A stretch of DNA of 64,000 nt, taken from the NCBI RefSeq assembly GCF_934295145.1, contig NZ_CAKRAS010000005.1, positions 5,544-69,543 of the forward strand. Reading direction: 5' to 3'. A program made the translations under genes and the position numbers. The notes beneath the pieces were generated by a model. That model made no database searches and was not told where the DNA came from. It worked only from the letters and a program-made list of their open reading frames with translations. The DNA comes from an uncultured Eubacterium sp. Its GTDB lineage: Bacteria; Bacillota; Clostridia; Lachnospirales; Lachnospiraceae. Below are positions 47,930 to 57,940 of this stretch, piece after piece. Position 1 is the stretch's first letter; each line of letters begins with the position of its first letter.

Positions 47930-49255
47930 ATGTATACAAAAAATGATATTATGCAGATGGTGGAAGAGGAAGATGTAGAATTTATCCGTCTGCAGTTTAC
48001 GGATATTTTCGGCAATATGAAAAATGTTGCCATCACAAGCAGCCAGCTGGAAAAAGCGTTGGACAACCGCTGTATGTTTGATGGTTCATCCATCGAAGGA
48101 TTTGTGAGAATCGAGGAGTCTGATATGTACCTGCATCCGGATCTGGATTCTTTTACTATTTTCCCATGGAGACCGCAGCAGGGCAAGGTAGCACGTATTA
48201 TCTGTGATGTTTACCGCCCGGATGGTACACCGTTTGAAGGTGATCCGCGAAACATTTTATGGCAGGTGATCAAAGAAGCTGAGGATATGGGCTATGTGTT
48301 TGATGTTGGACCGGAATGTGAGTTTTTCCTGTTCAACACCGATGACAATGGGTGTGCTACCACAGAAACCACGGAAAAAGCAGGCTATTTTGAGATGGGA
48401 CCAAACGATCACGGTGAAAATGCAAGACGTGACATGGTTCTGACACTGGAAGATATGGGATTTGAGATTGAAGCATCCCATCATGAAGCTTCTCCGGGAC
48501 AGCATGAGATTGATTTCAGATACGAGCCGGCAATGCATGCGGCAGACAATATCATGACTTTTAAACTTGCGGTAAAGACGATCGCAAAACGTCACGGCAT
48601 GCATGCAACGTTTATGCCGAAGCCAAAGAGCGGTGTCAGCGGTTCCGGTATGCACATCAATATGTCACTGTGCAAGGATGGCAAAAATATTTTTGCAGAT
48701 GAAAATGATAAATTTGGACTGAGCCAGGATGCATATTATTTTATTGGTGGTCTGATGAAACATGTTTACGGCATGACAGCCATCACAAACCCGCTGGTAA
48801 ATTCTTACAAGCGTCTGGTTTCCGGATTTGAGGCACCGCTTCATATTACCTGGTCTGTGGCAAACAGAAGCCCGCTGATCCGTATTCCGTCTGCCATCGG
48901 TGGAGGAACCCGTATCGAACTTCGAAGTCCGGACTGCGCGGCAAATCCGTATCTGACCATTGCGCTGTGTCTGGCAGCAGGATTAGACGGTATCAAAAAT
49001 AAGATCACACCGCCGGAAAATATTCAGAGAAATATTTTCAATATGACTGAGGAAGAGAAAGCAGAGCTGAATATCAAATCTCTTCCGACAAACCTTGGCG
49101 ATGCGGTGGAGGCCATGGAACAGGATTCCTTTATCCGTGAGGTTTTGGGTGACCACATCAGCAATGTGTATATTAATTCCAAAAAAGATGAGTGGGAACG
49201 TTACTGCAGAGCAGTGACAGAATGGGAAGTTGAAGAGTATCTTGACAAATTTTAA
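47930..49255 (+). CDS. glnA: Glutamine synthetase, type I
   Basis: FDGSSIEGF, GPECEFFLF, HHEASPGQHEIDF, KPKSGVSGSGMHINMSL and NSYKRLV blocks. Confidence 0.9.
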   Translation: MYTKNDIMQMVEEEDVEFIRLQFTDIFGNMKNVAITSSQLEKALDNRCMFDGSSIEGFVRIEESDMYLHPDLDSFTIFPWRPQQGKVARIICDVYRPDGTPFEGDPRNILWQVIKEAEDMGYVFDVGPECEFFLFNTDDNGCATTETTEKAGYFEMGPNDHGENARRDMVLTLEDMGFEIEASHHEASPGQHEIDFRYEPAMHAADNIMTFKLAVKTIAKRHGMHATFMPKPKSGVSGSGMHINMSLCKDGKNIFADENDKFGLSQDAYYFIGGLMKHVYGMTAITNPLVNSYKRLVSGFEAPLHITWSVANRSPLIRIPSAIGGGTRIELRSPDCAANPYLTIALCLAAGLDGIKNKITPPENIQRNIFNMTEEEKAELNIKSLPTNLGDAVEAMEQDSFIREVLGDHISNVYINSKKDEWERYCRAVTEWEVEEYLDKF

Positions 49256-49258
49256 AAG

Positions 49259-49822
49259 GTGGATGGTTGCGTTTTGACAAGGATTATTGTTGCATTCCCG
49301 AAACTTGAAAACGGGAAAAATATAAAAAATGTACTCGTCAGAAACGGCTATCAGGTGGTCTGCGTCTGTACCAACGGTGCGCAGGTCATACAGGAGGCGA
49401 ACGGTCTGCAGGATGGCATTGTCGTCTGTACGTATAAGCTTTCGGATATGATTTATCAGGAACTTATAGACTGTCTGCCGCCGGGATTTGAACTTGTTGT
49501 GATCTCAACGAAAGATCAGTGGGTGGAAAACGGTACACCGGGAATTGTAGGACTTTCTGTGCCGTTAAAAATCCATGAACTGCTTTCTACGGTGGAGATG
49601 GTGGCGTATAATCTGGAGCGGAAACGCCGGAAGCGCCGTCAGGCTCCCCGAAAGAGAACAAAAGAAGAACAGGAACTGGTGGATCGCGCAAAAGCCATTC
49701 TGATGGAACGAAATCAGATGACGGAGGAAGAAGCACATCGTTATCTGCAGAAGACGAGTATGGACAATGGAACCAGTTTTACAGAAACTGCTCAGATGAT
49801 TCTTGGTATGCTGGATCAGTAG
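49259..49822 (+). CDS. ANTAR-domain RNA-binding antiterminator with pseudo-receiver N-domain
   Basis: The C-terminus ELVDRAKAILMERNQMTEEEAHRYLQKTSMDNGTSFTETAQMIL is an ANTAR motif. The N-domain is receiver-like but lacks the acidic DD pocket (RIIVAFPKLEN). The start is uncertain (GTG 49259 or TTG 49274). Confidence 0.7.
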   Translation: MDGCVLTRIIVAFPKLENGKNIKNVLVRNGYQVVCVCTNGAQVIQEANGLQDGIVVCTYKLSDMIYQELIDCLPPGFELVVISTKDQWVENGTPGIVGLSVPLKIHELLSTVEMVAYNLERKRRKRRQAPRKRTKEEQELVDRAKAILMERNQMTEEEAHRYLQKTSMDNGTSFTETAQMILGMLDQ

Positions 49823-49958
49823 CAGTTCAGATGACGTAAAAAAGTGAATATACATACAGAGACAAAGAGGAACCATTTTCGCGGAAATACATATAGTTGA
49901 GAGAAAGAGTCTGCATGACAGTTGAAAACATGCAGGCGTGTATTCCGGGAGTGGGTCT

Positions 49959-50786
49959 ATGAAATTTGTAAAAATGCATGGTCTGGGCAATGATTTTATC
50001 ATGATTGACTGTCTGTGTGATGCGGACAGCATAGAGAAAAGAGTAAGCGGCACAGAAGATAGATTGCATCGGGAGACGGTGCAGCGGATCTGTGACAGAC
50101 ATTATGGAATCGGCGCGGATGGCGTGATTTGCATTTTACCATCTGCCCGTGCGGACTTTCGGATGAAACTGTACAATGCAGACGGAAGTACGGCACAGAT
50201 GTGTGGGAATGGCATCCGGTGTCTGGGAAAATATGTGTACGACCATGGCAGAACAGAAAAATTAAATCTTCAGATTGAGACAGACGCAGGTGTGCGTCAG
50301 TTGATACTATATAAAGGAACGGACAGGATCAGCACAGTCCGGGTGGATATGGGTACACCCGACTTTGTGCCAGAGCACATACCTGCCCGTTTTTCTTATA
50401 CCTGTGTGTCTGTTGGAAATCCTCATTGTGTAATTTTTCTAAGAGATAAAGAGGAACTGGAGCAGTTTGCGTTGGAAAAATATGGACCGGAATTGGAACA
50501 TCATCCTTCATTCCCGGAAGGAATAAATGTTGAGATCGCATGGATTCAGGCACCGGACCGCATTTATCTGCGTGTCTGGGAGCGGGGCTGCGGGGAGACG
50601 AAAGCCTGTGGAACCGGCGCCTGTGCCGTGGCAGCAGCGGCTATGCGGATGCGAAAATGCGGACCGTCGGTAAACATGCAGCTTCCGGGAGGACAACTGC
50701 GGGTAGACTACGGAATCCGTAGTCGGAATCTGTATCTGACCGGGCCAGCGGAAGAAATATATTCCGGTGAAATAGCAATGGGATAA
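49959..50786 (+). CDS. dapF: Diaminopimelate epimerase
   Basis: MKFVKMHGLGNDFIMID, SVGNPHCV and ERGCGETKACGTGACA (both catalytic Cys contexts). ATG at 49959 follows gggagtggg. Confidence 0.85.
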   Translation: MKFVKMHGLGNDFIMIDCLCDADSIEKRVSGTEDRLHRETVQRICDRHYGIGADGVICILPSARADFRMKLYNADGSTAQMCGNGIRCLGKYVYDHGRTEKLNLQIETDAGVRQLILYKGTDRISTVRVDMGTPDFVPEHIPARFSYTCVSVGNPHCVIFLRDKEELEQFALEKYGPELEHHPSFPEGINVEIAWIQAPDRIYLRVWERGCGETKACGTGACAVAAAAMRMRKCGPSVNMQLPGGQLRVDYGIRSRNLYLTGPAEEIYSGEIAMG

Positions 50787-51056
50787 TAATCTATTTATAA
50801 AAGGATTTTCATCCAGAGACCTGTGTGAGTTTTGTGGATATATACCAGTTGTGGTTATAATGCTGTAATAATTTACTACAGAAAAGCGTCAGACGGTTGA
50901 TTTTTTCGTGTTAGTTATGTTATACTAGGAGCGATTTTACAGGTAAAACAAGATTCTTTCTCACATTTATACTACATTGATACGGTAATGAGAAGCTCGG
51001 CATATGCTGAGTGGAATCTTGTAACACGAGATACATTTTAGTGAGGAGTTGTAAAT

Positions 51057-52271
51057 ATGTTTAAAGTAAACGACAATTATCAGAAACTTCCGGGCAGCTA
51101 TCTGTTCAGTACGATCGCAAAAAAAGTAAGTGCATTTCAGGCTGCAAACCCGGAGAAAACACTGATCCGTCTTGGTATCGGTGATGTAACACAGCCGCTG
51201 GCACCAGCTATTATTGATGCAATGCATGGAGCTGTAACAGAGATGGGAAATGCTGAGACATTTCACGGTTATGCACCGGATCTCGGATATGAGTTCCTGC
51301 GCACAGCCATTGCAGACAACGATTATAAAGCAAGAGGATGCGACATCAGCGCAGATGAGATTTTCGTATCCGACGGCGCAAAGAGCGATTCCGGAAACAT
51401 CCAGGAGATCTTTTCTGTAGATAACCGTATCGCTGTATGTGACCCGGTTTACCCGGTTTATGTGGATTCCAACGTAATGGCTGGCAGAACCGGTGTATAT
51501 GATCCAAATACAGAGATGTGGAGCAATGTCATCTACATGCCGTGTACAAAAGAGAATAATTTTGTACCGGAGTTCCCGAAGGAGAATCCGGACATTATTT
51601 ATCTGTGTCTGCCGAACAACCCGACAGGAACGACCATCACAAAAGATCAGTTGCAGGAGTGGGTTGATTATGCAAACAGAATCGGTGCAGTCATCATTTA
51701 CGATGGTGCATACGAGGCATATATTTCCGAGGACAACGTAGCACATACCATTTTTGAGTGCGAAGGCGCAAGAACCTGTGCCATCGAGTTAAAGAGTTTC
51801 TCAAAGAACGCAGGATTTACCGGTGTTCGTCTGGGATACGCAGTTGTTCCGAAAGACCTGAAGTGCGGGGACGTATCCTTGCATCAGATGTGGGCAAGAC
51901 GTCACGGAACAAAATTCAACGGTGCTCCGTACATTGTACAGCGTGCCGGTGAAGCAGTTTACAGCGAAGCTGGTAAAGCACAGTTAAAAGAGCAGGTTGC
52001 TTATTACATGAAAAATGCAGCAGCCATCAAAGGCGGACTGCAGGATGCGGGATTTGAAGTATTCGGCGGCGTAAACGCACCGTATATCTGGTTAAAGACA
52101 CCGGATCAGATGACATCATGGGAGTTCTTCGATTACCTGCTTGAGAAAGCGAACGTCGTAGGTACACCGGGATCAGGATTTGGTCCGAGCGGAGAAGGAT
52201 ACTTCAGACTGACAGCATTTGGAACATATGAAAATACACTTGCTGCGTTAGAGCGTATTAAATCATTATAA
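51057..52271 (+). CDS. dapL: LL-diaminopimelate aminotransferase
   Basis: The N-terminus MFKVNDNYQKLPGSYLFSTIAKKV, LGIGDVTQPL and SFSKNAGFTGVRLGY (PLP Lys) are typical of DapL. Confidence 0.85.
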   Translation: MFKVNDNYQKLPGSYLFSTIAKKVSAFQAANPEKTLIRLGIGDVTQPLAPAIIDAMHGAVTEMGNAETFHGYAPDLGYEFLRTAIADNDYKARGCDISADEIFVSDGAKSDSGNIQEIFSVDNRIAVCDPVYPVYVDSNVMAGRTGVYDPNTEMWSNVIYMPCTKENNFVPEFPKENPDIIYLCLPNNPTGTTITKDQLQEWVDYANRIGAVIIYDGAYEAYISEDNVAHTIFECEGARTCAIELKSFSKNAGFTGVRLGYAVVPKDLKCGDVSLHQMWARRHGTKFNGAPYIVQRAGEAVYSEAGKAQLKEQVAYYMKNAAAIKGGLQDAGFEVFGGVNAPYIWLKTPDQMTSWEFFDYLLEKANVVGTPGSGFGPSGEGYFRLTAFGTYENTLAALERIKSL

Positions 52272-52283
52272 TCAAATGATATG

Positions 52284-52330
52284 CAAAAAAACATCCGGCA
52301 AGCCGTCTTAGGCTGTCGGATGTTTTTTTG
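52284..52330. terminator. Bidirectional rho-independent terminator
   Basis: An A7 run, the hairpin acatccggcaagcc / ggctgtcggatgt, then a T7 run. It lies between convergent dapL and typA. Confidence 0.8.
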
Positions 52331-52361
52331 CTCTTTTTTTTTCATTACTTACCGTAAAATT

Positions 52362-54191
52362 CTATTTTTTGAAAGACGCACGTTTTCTTAAAGTCGGATC
52401 CAGAATCTTCTTACGGATTCTCAGACTCTCCGGAGTTACCTCCAGCAGCTCATCTGTATCGATGAAATCCAGCGCCTGCTCCAGGCTGAGGATTCTCGGT
52501 GGTGTCAGTGTCAGCGCCTCATCAGCAGAAGAGGAACGTGTATTGGTCAGATGTTTCTTTTTGCAGACATTTAACTCAATATCTTCTGCACGGGAGCACT
52601 GTCCGATCACCATTCCGGAATATACTTTCTCGCCAGGTCCGATAAACAGAGAACCACGCTCCTGTGCGGAGAACAGTCCGTAGGCTACGGATTCTCCGGA
52701 CTCGAATGCGATCAGGGAACCAAGTTTACGATACTGGATATCTCCACGGTACGGTTCATAACCACAGAAGATGGTATTGATGATACCGTTACCTTTTGTA
52801 TCTGTCATAAAGTCGCCACGGTAACCAATCAGTCCACGGGACGGGATCTTGAACTCGAGACGGGTATAACCGCCGCTGATGCTTCCCATGTTCTGCAGCT
52901 CACCTTTACGCTGGCTCAGTTTTTCAATAACAACACCGGTAAATTCATCTGGTACATCAACATAAGCCATTTCCATCGGCTCTGTCTTTTTGCCATTCTC
53001 ATCTGTATGGTACAGAACCTCTGCTTTACTTACTGCAAATTCGTAACCTTCACGACGCATGTTCTCAATCAGGACGGACAGATGCAGCTCACCACGACCG
53101 GATACTTTGAAGCTGTCGGCACTGTCTGTCTCCTCTACACGGAGGGAAACGTCTGTGTTCAGCTCTTTGAAGAGACGGTCACGGATATGACGGGAAGTAA
53201 CGTATTTTCCTTCCTGACCTGCCAACGGGCTGTCGTTTACGATGAAGTTCATGGAGATCGTCGGCTCGGAGATCTTCTGGAACGGGATCGCTACCGGATT
53301 TTCCGGATCACAGATCGTATCACCGATATGGATATCAGCAATACCGGAGATTGCTACGATGGAACCGATCTTTGCTTCTTTTACTTCTACTTTATTTAAT
53401 CCGTCAAACTCGTACAGTTTGCTGATGCGGACTTTTTTCTGTTTCTCAGGATCGTGTGCGTTCAGCATGATGGCATCCTGGTTGACACGCAGGCATCCGT
53501 TATCGACTTTGCCGACACCGATACGTCCAACGTACTCATTGTAGTCGATGGTACTGATCAGAACCTGTGTGTTTGCATCCGGGTCACCTTCCGGAGCCGG
53601 AATGTAGTTTAAGATGGTTTCGAACAGCGGCATCATGTCTTTTGGCTCGTCGTTCAGATCTAAAGTTGCATAACCGTTCTTTGCAGATGCGTAAACGAAC
53701 GGGCAGTCAAGCTGCTCATCGGAAGCATCCAGATCCATGAACAGTTCCAGAACTTCGTCGATGACTTCGTCAGGTCTTGCTTCCGGACGGTCGATCTTGT
53801 TGATGCAGACGATAACCGGAAGATTCAGCTCCAATGCTTTCATCAGAACGAATTTTGTCTGCGGCATAGCGCCCTCAAAAGCATCAACCACGAGGATAAC
53901 GCCGTTTACCATTTTCAGTACACGCTCAACCTCGCCGCCGAAATCGGCATGGCCTGGTGTGTCGATAATGTTAATTTTTGTATCTTTGTAAAATACTGCA
54001 GTATTTTTTGACAGAATCGTGATTCCTCTTTCACGCTCGATGTCATTGGAATCCATGACACGTTCCTGCACTTCCTGATTCTGACGGAAGACGCCGGACT
54101 GTTTCAGCAGCTCATCTACCAGTGTTGTTTTACCGTGGTCTACGTGAGCGATGATAGCAATATTTCTAATGTCCTCTCTCTTTGTTTTCAT
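52362..54191 (-). CDS. typA: Translational GTPase TypA/BipA
   Basis: IRNIAIIAHVDHGKTTLVD, DTPGHADFGGEVER and NKIDR G-motifs. A 609-aa EF-G-like architecture. Confidence 0.92.
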   Translation of the reverse strand: MKTKREDIRNIAIIAHVDHGKTTLVDELLKQSGVFRQNQEVQERVMDSNDIERERGITILSKNTAVFYKDTKINIIDTPGHADFGGEVERVLKMVNGVILVVDAFEGAMPQTKFVLMKALELNLPVIVCINKIDRPEARPDEVIDEVLELFMDLDASDEQLDCPFVYASAKNGYATLDLNDEPKDMMPLFETILNYIPAPEGDPDANTQVLISTIDYNEYVGRIGVGKVDNGCLRVNQDAIMLNAHDPEKQKKVRISKLYEFDGLNKVEVKEAKIGSIVAISGIADIHIGDTICDPENPVAIPFQKISEPTISMNFIVNDSPLAGQEGKYVTSRHIRDRLFKELNTDVSLRVEETDSADSFKVSGRGELHLSVLIENMRREGYEFAVSKAEVLYHTDENGKKTEPMEMAYVDVPDEFTGVVIEKLSQRKGELQNMGSISGGYTRLEFKIPSRGLIGYRGDFMTDTKGNGIINTIFCGYEPYRGDIQYRKLGSLIAFESGESVAYGLFSAQERGSLFIGPGEKVYSGMVIGQCSRAEDIELNVCKKKHLTNTRSSSADEALTLTPPRILSLEQALDFIDTDELLEVTPESLRIRKKILDPTLRKRASFKK

Positions 54192-54477
54192 TACATGTAT
54201 CCTTCCTTCTGAATTAATCAGTTGTTAAGTGTTTCCTATCTAAATGATAGAAAATATATAGTATTCATTAGTGCAACCAATTTATTTTATCACAAAATTC
54301 AGATTTGACAAGGGGTAATAGGAAAAAGGTTATCGACAAAATAAACGAAATTATTCGTCTGATGCATGATACATTATGGGAGCCGGCAGAAAAAAAGTGA
54401 AAAGTGTTCTAAGAAACGAAAAAGCAGAATAGATTGAAAACACAAAGAAGTACATGTGAAGAAGGGAGCTTACAAAA

Positions 54478-55110
54478 ATGACAGATAAATTGTTTGAGAA
54501 CAACCAGGTAACGATGATGGGAGAAATTGTTTCAGAATTTCAATTCAGTCATGAGGTGTTTGGGGAAGGATTTTATATGGTAGAACTTGCGGTGAATCGT
54601 CTGAGTAATTACTCAGATTATATTCCGTTGATGATCTCGGAACGTCTGATCGACACCGAGCAGGATTATACCGGGCAGCTGATCCGTGTCACCGGTCAGT
54701 TCCGTTCCTACAACCGCCATGAGGAGAAGAAAAACCGTCTGGTGTTGTCAGTGTTTGTCAGAGAACTTGAGTTTTTGGATGAGATAGATGAAAATGAGAA
54801 AACAAATCAGATTTTTCTGGATGGATATATCTGTAAAGAACCGATTTACCGGAAGACACCGCTGGGGCGGGAGATTGCAGACGTACTGCTTGCTGTAAAC
54901 CGCTCCTATGGAAAATCAGACTACATACCATGTATCTGCTGGGGCAGAAATGCCCGTTTCGCCTCCGGATTTACCGTGGGAAGCCATATTCAGATCGTCG
55001 GCCGGGTACAGAGCAGGGAGTATGTGAAACGTATCAGTGAAGAGGAAGTGGAGCACCGGATTGCCTACGAGATTTCCGTCAGCAAAGTGGATCTGCTGGA
55101 GCAGGATTAG
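54478..55110 (+). CDS. Tandem OB-fold, SSB-like protein
   Basis: Two internally related halves share NQ..., LAVNR and SDYIP. The second half, ICWGRNARFASGFTVGSHIQIVGRVQSREY, resembles SSB OB folds. Confidence 0.35.
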   Translation: MTDKLFENNQVTMMGEIVSEFQFSHEVFGEGFYMVELAVNRLSNYSDYIPLMISERLIDTEQDYTGQLIRVTGQFRSYNRHEEKKNRLVLSVFVRELEFLDEIDENEKTNQIFLDGYICKEPIYRKTPLGREIADVLLAVNRSYGKSDYIPCICWGRNARFASGFTVGSHIQIVGRVQSREYVKRISEEEVEHRIAYEISVSKVDLLEQD

Positions 55111-55255
55111 CGCATCGGTTGCATTTTTCTAATAAATGTGCTATCTTAGATTTCGATTCGATATTATGGTGGAAAACAAAATGAGACACATGCGGAGTTG
55201 AATAATGGTAAGTTTATACGCATTTTGAGCGTGTTTGACTTCAAAGGAGGAGACC

Positions 55256-55747
55256 ATGAGTACAGGAAAAATACAGGTATATTACGGAGAGGGCAAGGGA
55301 AAGACTTCCGCAGCTCTGGGATATGCCATTCATGAGGCAAGTAAGGGAGAATCCGTTATTGTTATCCAGTTTTTAAAAAGAAAAGATGAGGATGAAATCA
55401 GTTTCCTTGGACGCCTTGAACCGGAAATCCGTCTGTTCCGTTTTCAGAAATCAGAGAAATATTATCATGAATTGTCGGAAGAAGAGCAGCTGGAAGAACA
55501 GATGAACATGAAAAACGGTATTAATTATGCAAGAAAGGTATTACAGACAGGTGAGTGCAATATTCTGATCCTGGATGAAGTGTTGGGACTTCTGGATGAG
55601 CATATTGTGACGGAGGAGGAGATTCTTCACCTGATGGAACTGAAATCAGATGACCTGCATATGATCATGACCGGACAGGTGATCAGTGATGGAATCCTGG
55701 CGCAGGCAGATGATGTGTATGAAATCTGCATAAAAAAAGAGTCATAA
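55256..55747 (+). CDS. CobA/CobO/BtuR-family ATP:cob(I)alamin adenosyltransferase-like P-loop protein
   Basis: AGGAGG precedes ATG at 55256. IQVYYGEGKGKTSAALGYAIHEASKGESVIVIQFLK matches the family N-terminal block. Confidence 0.65.
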   Translation: MSTGKIQVYYGEGKGKTSAALGYAIHEASKGESVIVIQFLKRKDEDEISFLGRLEPEIRLFRFQKSEKYYHELSEEEQLEEQMNMKNGINYARKVLQTGECNILILDEVLGLLDEHIVTEEEILHLMELKSDDLHMIMTGQVISDGILAQADDVYEICIKKES

Positions 55748-55750
55748 AGG

Positions 55751-55779
55751 TTGACATTTCTCGGTTAAAGTGATATATT
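55751..55779 (+). promoter_or_regulatory. Sigma-A promoter of the dapA-dapB leader
   Basis: TTGACA (55751-55756), a 17-nt spacer, then TATATT (55774-55779). Confidence 0.6.
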
Positions 55780-55799
55780 GAGCACCAATAAGACAATAT

Positions 55800-56049
55800 A
55801 AGATAGAGGTTGCGTGAATTAAAAGTAATCTGTCGGATGTACCGGATCGCAGAAGATGGCAGAGGAAAGGAAGACACGCCGAAAGGATATACAGGAGCGG
55901 ATGTATATTGCTTGGGTACAATGTTAAGAGCATTGTAACTGTCATCGGAAACGATGGTGCGCTATCACTGGAATAGAAATGATTTACTCTTATTCATATT
56001 GATAAGGATTATTTTTGATGAACCAGCGCACAGCTGGTTCATTTTTTTC
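55800..56049 (+). promoter_or_regulatory. Lysine (L-box) riboswitch with intrinsic terminator
   Basis: It has AGAGGTTGCG...CCGAAAGG...TTGGG...AACTGTCA...TGGTGCGCTATC conserved blocks, with gatag/ctatc closing P1. A 9-bp terminator stem, tgaaccagc with gctggttca (56019-56041), is followed by T7. Confidence 0.8.
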
Positions 56050-56118
56050 GGAGACTATTCAGAGAAAAGCAGGTATTCGTTTCGTTTGTTGAAGTATTTT
56101 AAATAGGAGGATTATGAA

Positions 56119-57006
56119 ATGCCAATTTTCAGAGGAGCAGGTGTAGCAATTGTAACACCAATGAAGGAGAACTTAGAAGTAGATTTCGATCTGCTGGAGA
56201 GAAACATTAATTATCAGATCGATAACGGTACAGATGCCATCGTTATTGCAGGTACTACAGGTGAGAGTGCAACGTTATCAGAGGAAGAACATAAAAAAGT
56301 TGTAAAAGCAGCAGTAGAGTTTACAAAACACCGCATTCCGGTTATCGCTGGAACTGGTTCTAACAGTACACAGACAGCCATTGAGCTTTCCCAGGAAGCT
56401 GACAAAGACGGTGTAGATGCTGTCCTGATCGTAACCCCTTATTACAACAAAGCGACACAGAAAGGCCTCATCACACATTATACCCGTGTGGCTGAGTCCA
56501 TCAAAGTACCGGTGATCATGTACAATGTACCGTCCAGAACAGGATGTGGGCTGAATCCGGAGACCATTGCACATCTGGTTAAAAATGTGGATAATATTGT
56601 AGGCCTGAAAGATGCAACCGGTGATCTGTCCCATGCAGTAAAGACAATGAACCTGTGTGATGGCAACCTGGAGCTGTATTCCGGAAATGATGATCAGGTC
56701 GTTCCGCTGTTATCTATTGGCGGACTCGGCGTTATCTCTGTATTATCCAATATTGCACCGCGCCAGACGCATGACATTGTAATGGAGTTCCTCGAGGGCG
56801 ATTACAAAAAAGCAGCAAAACTGCAGTTAGATGCTATCCCGCTGATCAATGCGTTATTCAGTGAAGTAAATCCGATTCCTGTAAAAGCTGCAATGAATAT
56901 GCTTGGATGGGAAGCGGGTCCGCTGAGAGGACCGCTGTGTGAGATGGAAGATGCACACAAAGAAATCCTGCGTCAGGAAATGGTAAAATACGGTTTATTA
57001 AAATAA
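56119..57006 (+). CDS. dapA: 4-hydroxy-tetrahydrodipicolinate synthase
   Basis: GAGVAIVTPM, AGTTGESATLS, IAGTGSNST, YYNK and GLKDATGD blocks. Confidence 0.9.
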   Translation: MPIFRGAGVAIVTPMKENLEVDFDLLERNINYQIDNGTDAIVIAGTTGESATLSEEEHKKVVKAAVEFTKHRIPVIAGTGSNSTQTAIELSQEADKDGVDAVLIVTPYYNKATQKGLITHYTRVAESIKVPVIMYNVPSRTGCGLNPETIAHLVKNVDNIVGLKDATGDLSHAVKTMNLCDGNLELYSGNDDQVVPLLSIGGLGVISVLSNIAPRQTHDIVMEFLEGDYKKAAKLQLDAIPLINALFSEVNPIPVKAAMNMLGWEAGPLRGPLCEMEDAHKEILRQEMVKYGLLK

Positions 57007-57023
57007 ATACAATAAAATGTCTT

Positions 57024-57046
57024 GCCCCCGCATGATGTGCGGGGGT
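57024..57046 (+). terminator. GC-rich hairpin between dapA and dapB (weak terminator or processing signal)
   Basis: cccccgca / tgcggggg stem with a 5-nt loop and a poor U-tract. Confidence 0.4.
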
Positions 57047-57106
57047 ATTATAGTTAAATAGTAAGTTCAGAGAGTAAGTGTTGAAATTTACGGAGGAAGT
57101 TAGAAT

Positions 57107-57871
57107 ATGACAAAAGTAATTATGAATGGATGCAATGGACATATGGGACATGTGATCAGTGCTCTGTGTGAGAAAGATCCGGAGATCGAGATTGTAGCAG
57201 GTATTGATATCAATACAGAGCAGCGCTACGGTTATCCGGTATTTGCAAATATTACAGATTGTGACGTTAAGGCAGATGCTATCATCGATTTTTCCCATGT
57301 CAGCTGCATTGACGCACTAATGGCATACAGCGTGGAGCGTCAGATCCCGGTGGTTGTATGTACTACAGGACTTTCCACAGAGCAGGATGCATTATTAAAA
57401 ACATCCAGTGAGAAAGTGGCTGTATTAAAATCAGCAAACATGTCTCTTGGTGTAAATACCTTAATGGAGCTTCTTCAGACTGCAGCAAAAGTACTGGCAC
57501 CGGCCGGATTTGATATGGAGATCGTGGAGAAACATCACAATCAGAAACTGGATGCACCGAGTGGAACAGCCATTGCACTGGCGGATTCCATGAACGAGGC
57601 ATTAGATGAGGCATATTCTTACAAATATGACCGTTCCCAGGAGCGTAAAAAACGTGATAAATACGAGATTGGCATTCAGGCCGTTCGCGGTGGAAATATC
57701 GTTGGTGAGCATGAGGTGATCTTTGCGGGAACAGATGAAGTCATAACATTCAAACACACTGCATATTCCAAAGCCATCTTTGGCAAGGGGGCCATTGAGG
57801 CTGCAAAATACCTGGCAGGAAAACCGGCCGGATTTTACGGAATGGCAGATGTGATCAAAAGTGCATCATAA
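57107..57871 (+). CDS. dapB: 4-hydroxy-tetrahydrodipicolinate reductase
   Basis: VIMNGCNGHMG, DFSHV, VVCTTG and EKHHNQKLDAPSGTA (E-x-HH-x-K-DAPSGTA signature). Confidence 0.88.
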   Translation: MTKVIMNGCNGHMGHVISALCEKDPEIEIVAGIDINTEQRYGYPVFANITDCDVKADAIIDFSHVSCIDALMAYSVERQIPVVVCTTGLSTEQDALLKTSSEKVAVLKSANMSLGVNTLMELLQTAAKVLAPAGFDMEIVEKHHNQKLDAPSGTAIALADSMNEALDEAYSYKYDRSQERKKRDKYEIGIQAVRGGNIVGEHEVIFAGTDEVITFKHTAYSKAIFGKGAIEAAKYLAGKPAGFYGMADVIKSAS

Positions 57872-57940
57872 AGCAAAAGCGAATTGCGAATGTCCGCTTT
57901 GCATTATGTGGTTAGAATAATATAAGGGGGATTACCAGAC

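Noticed and set aside
50967-51746. A 259-aa minus-strand ORF opposite dapL.
   Set aside because: It has no motifs or RBS. The plus-strand product is a full-length DapL-type aminotransferase.
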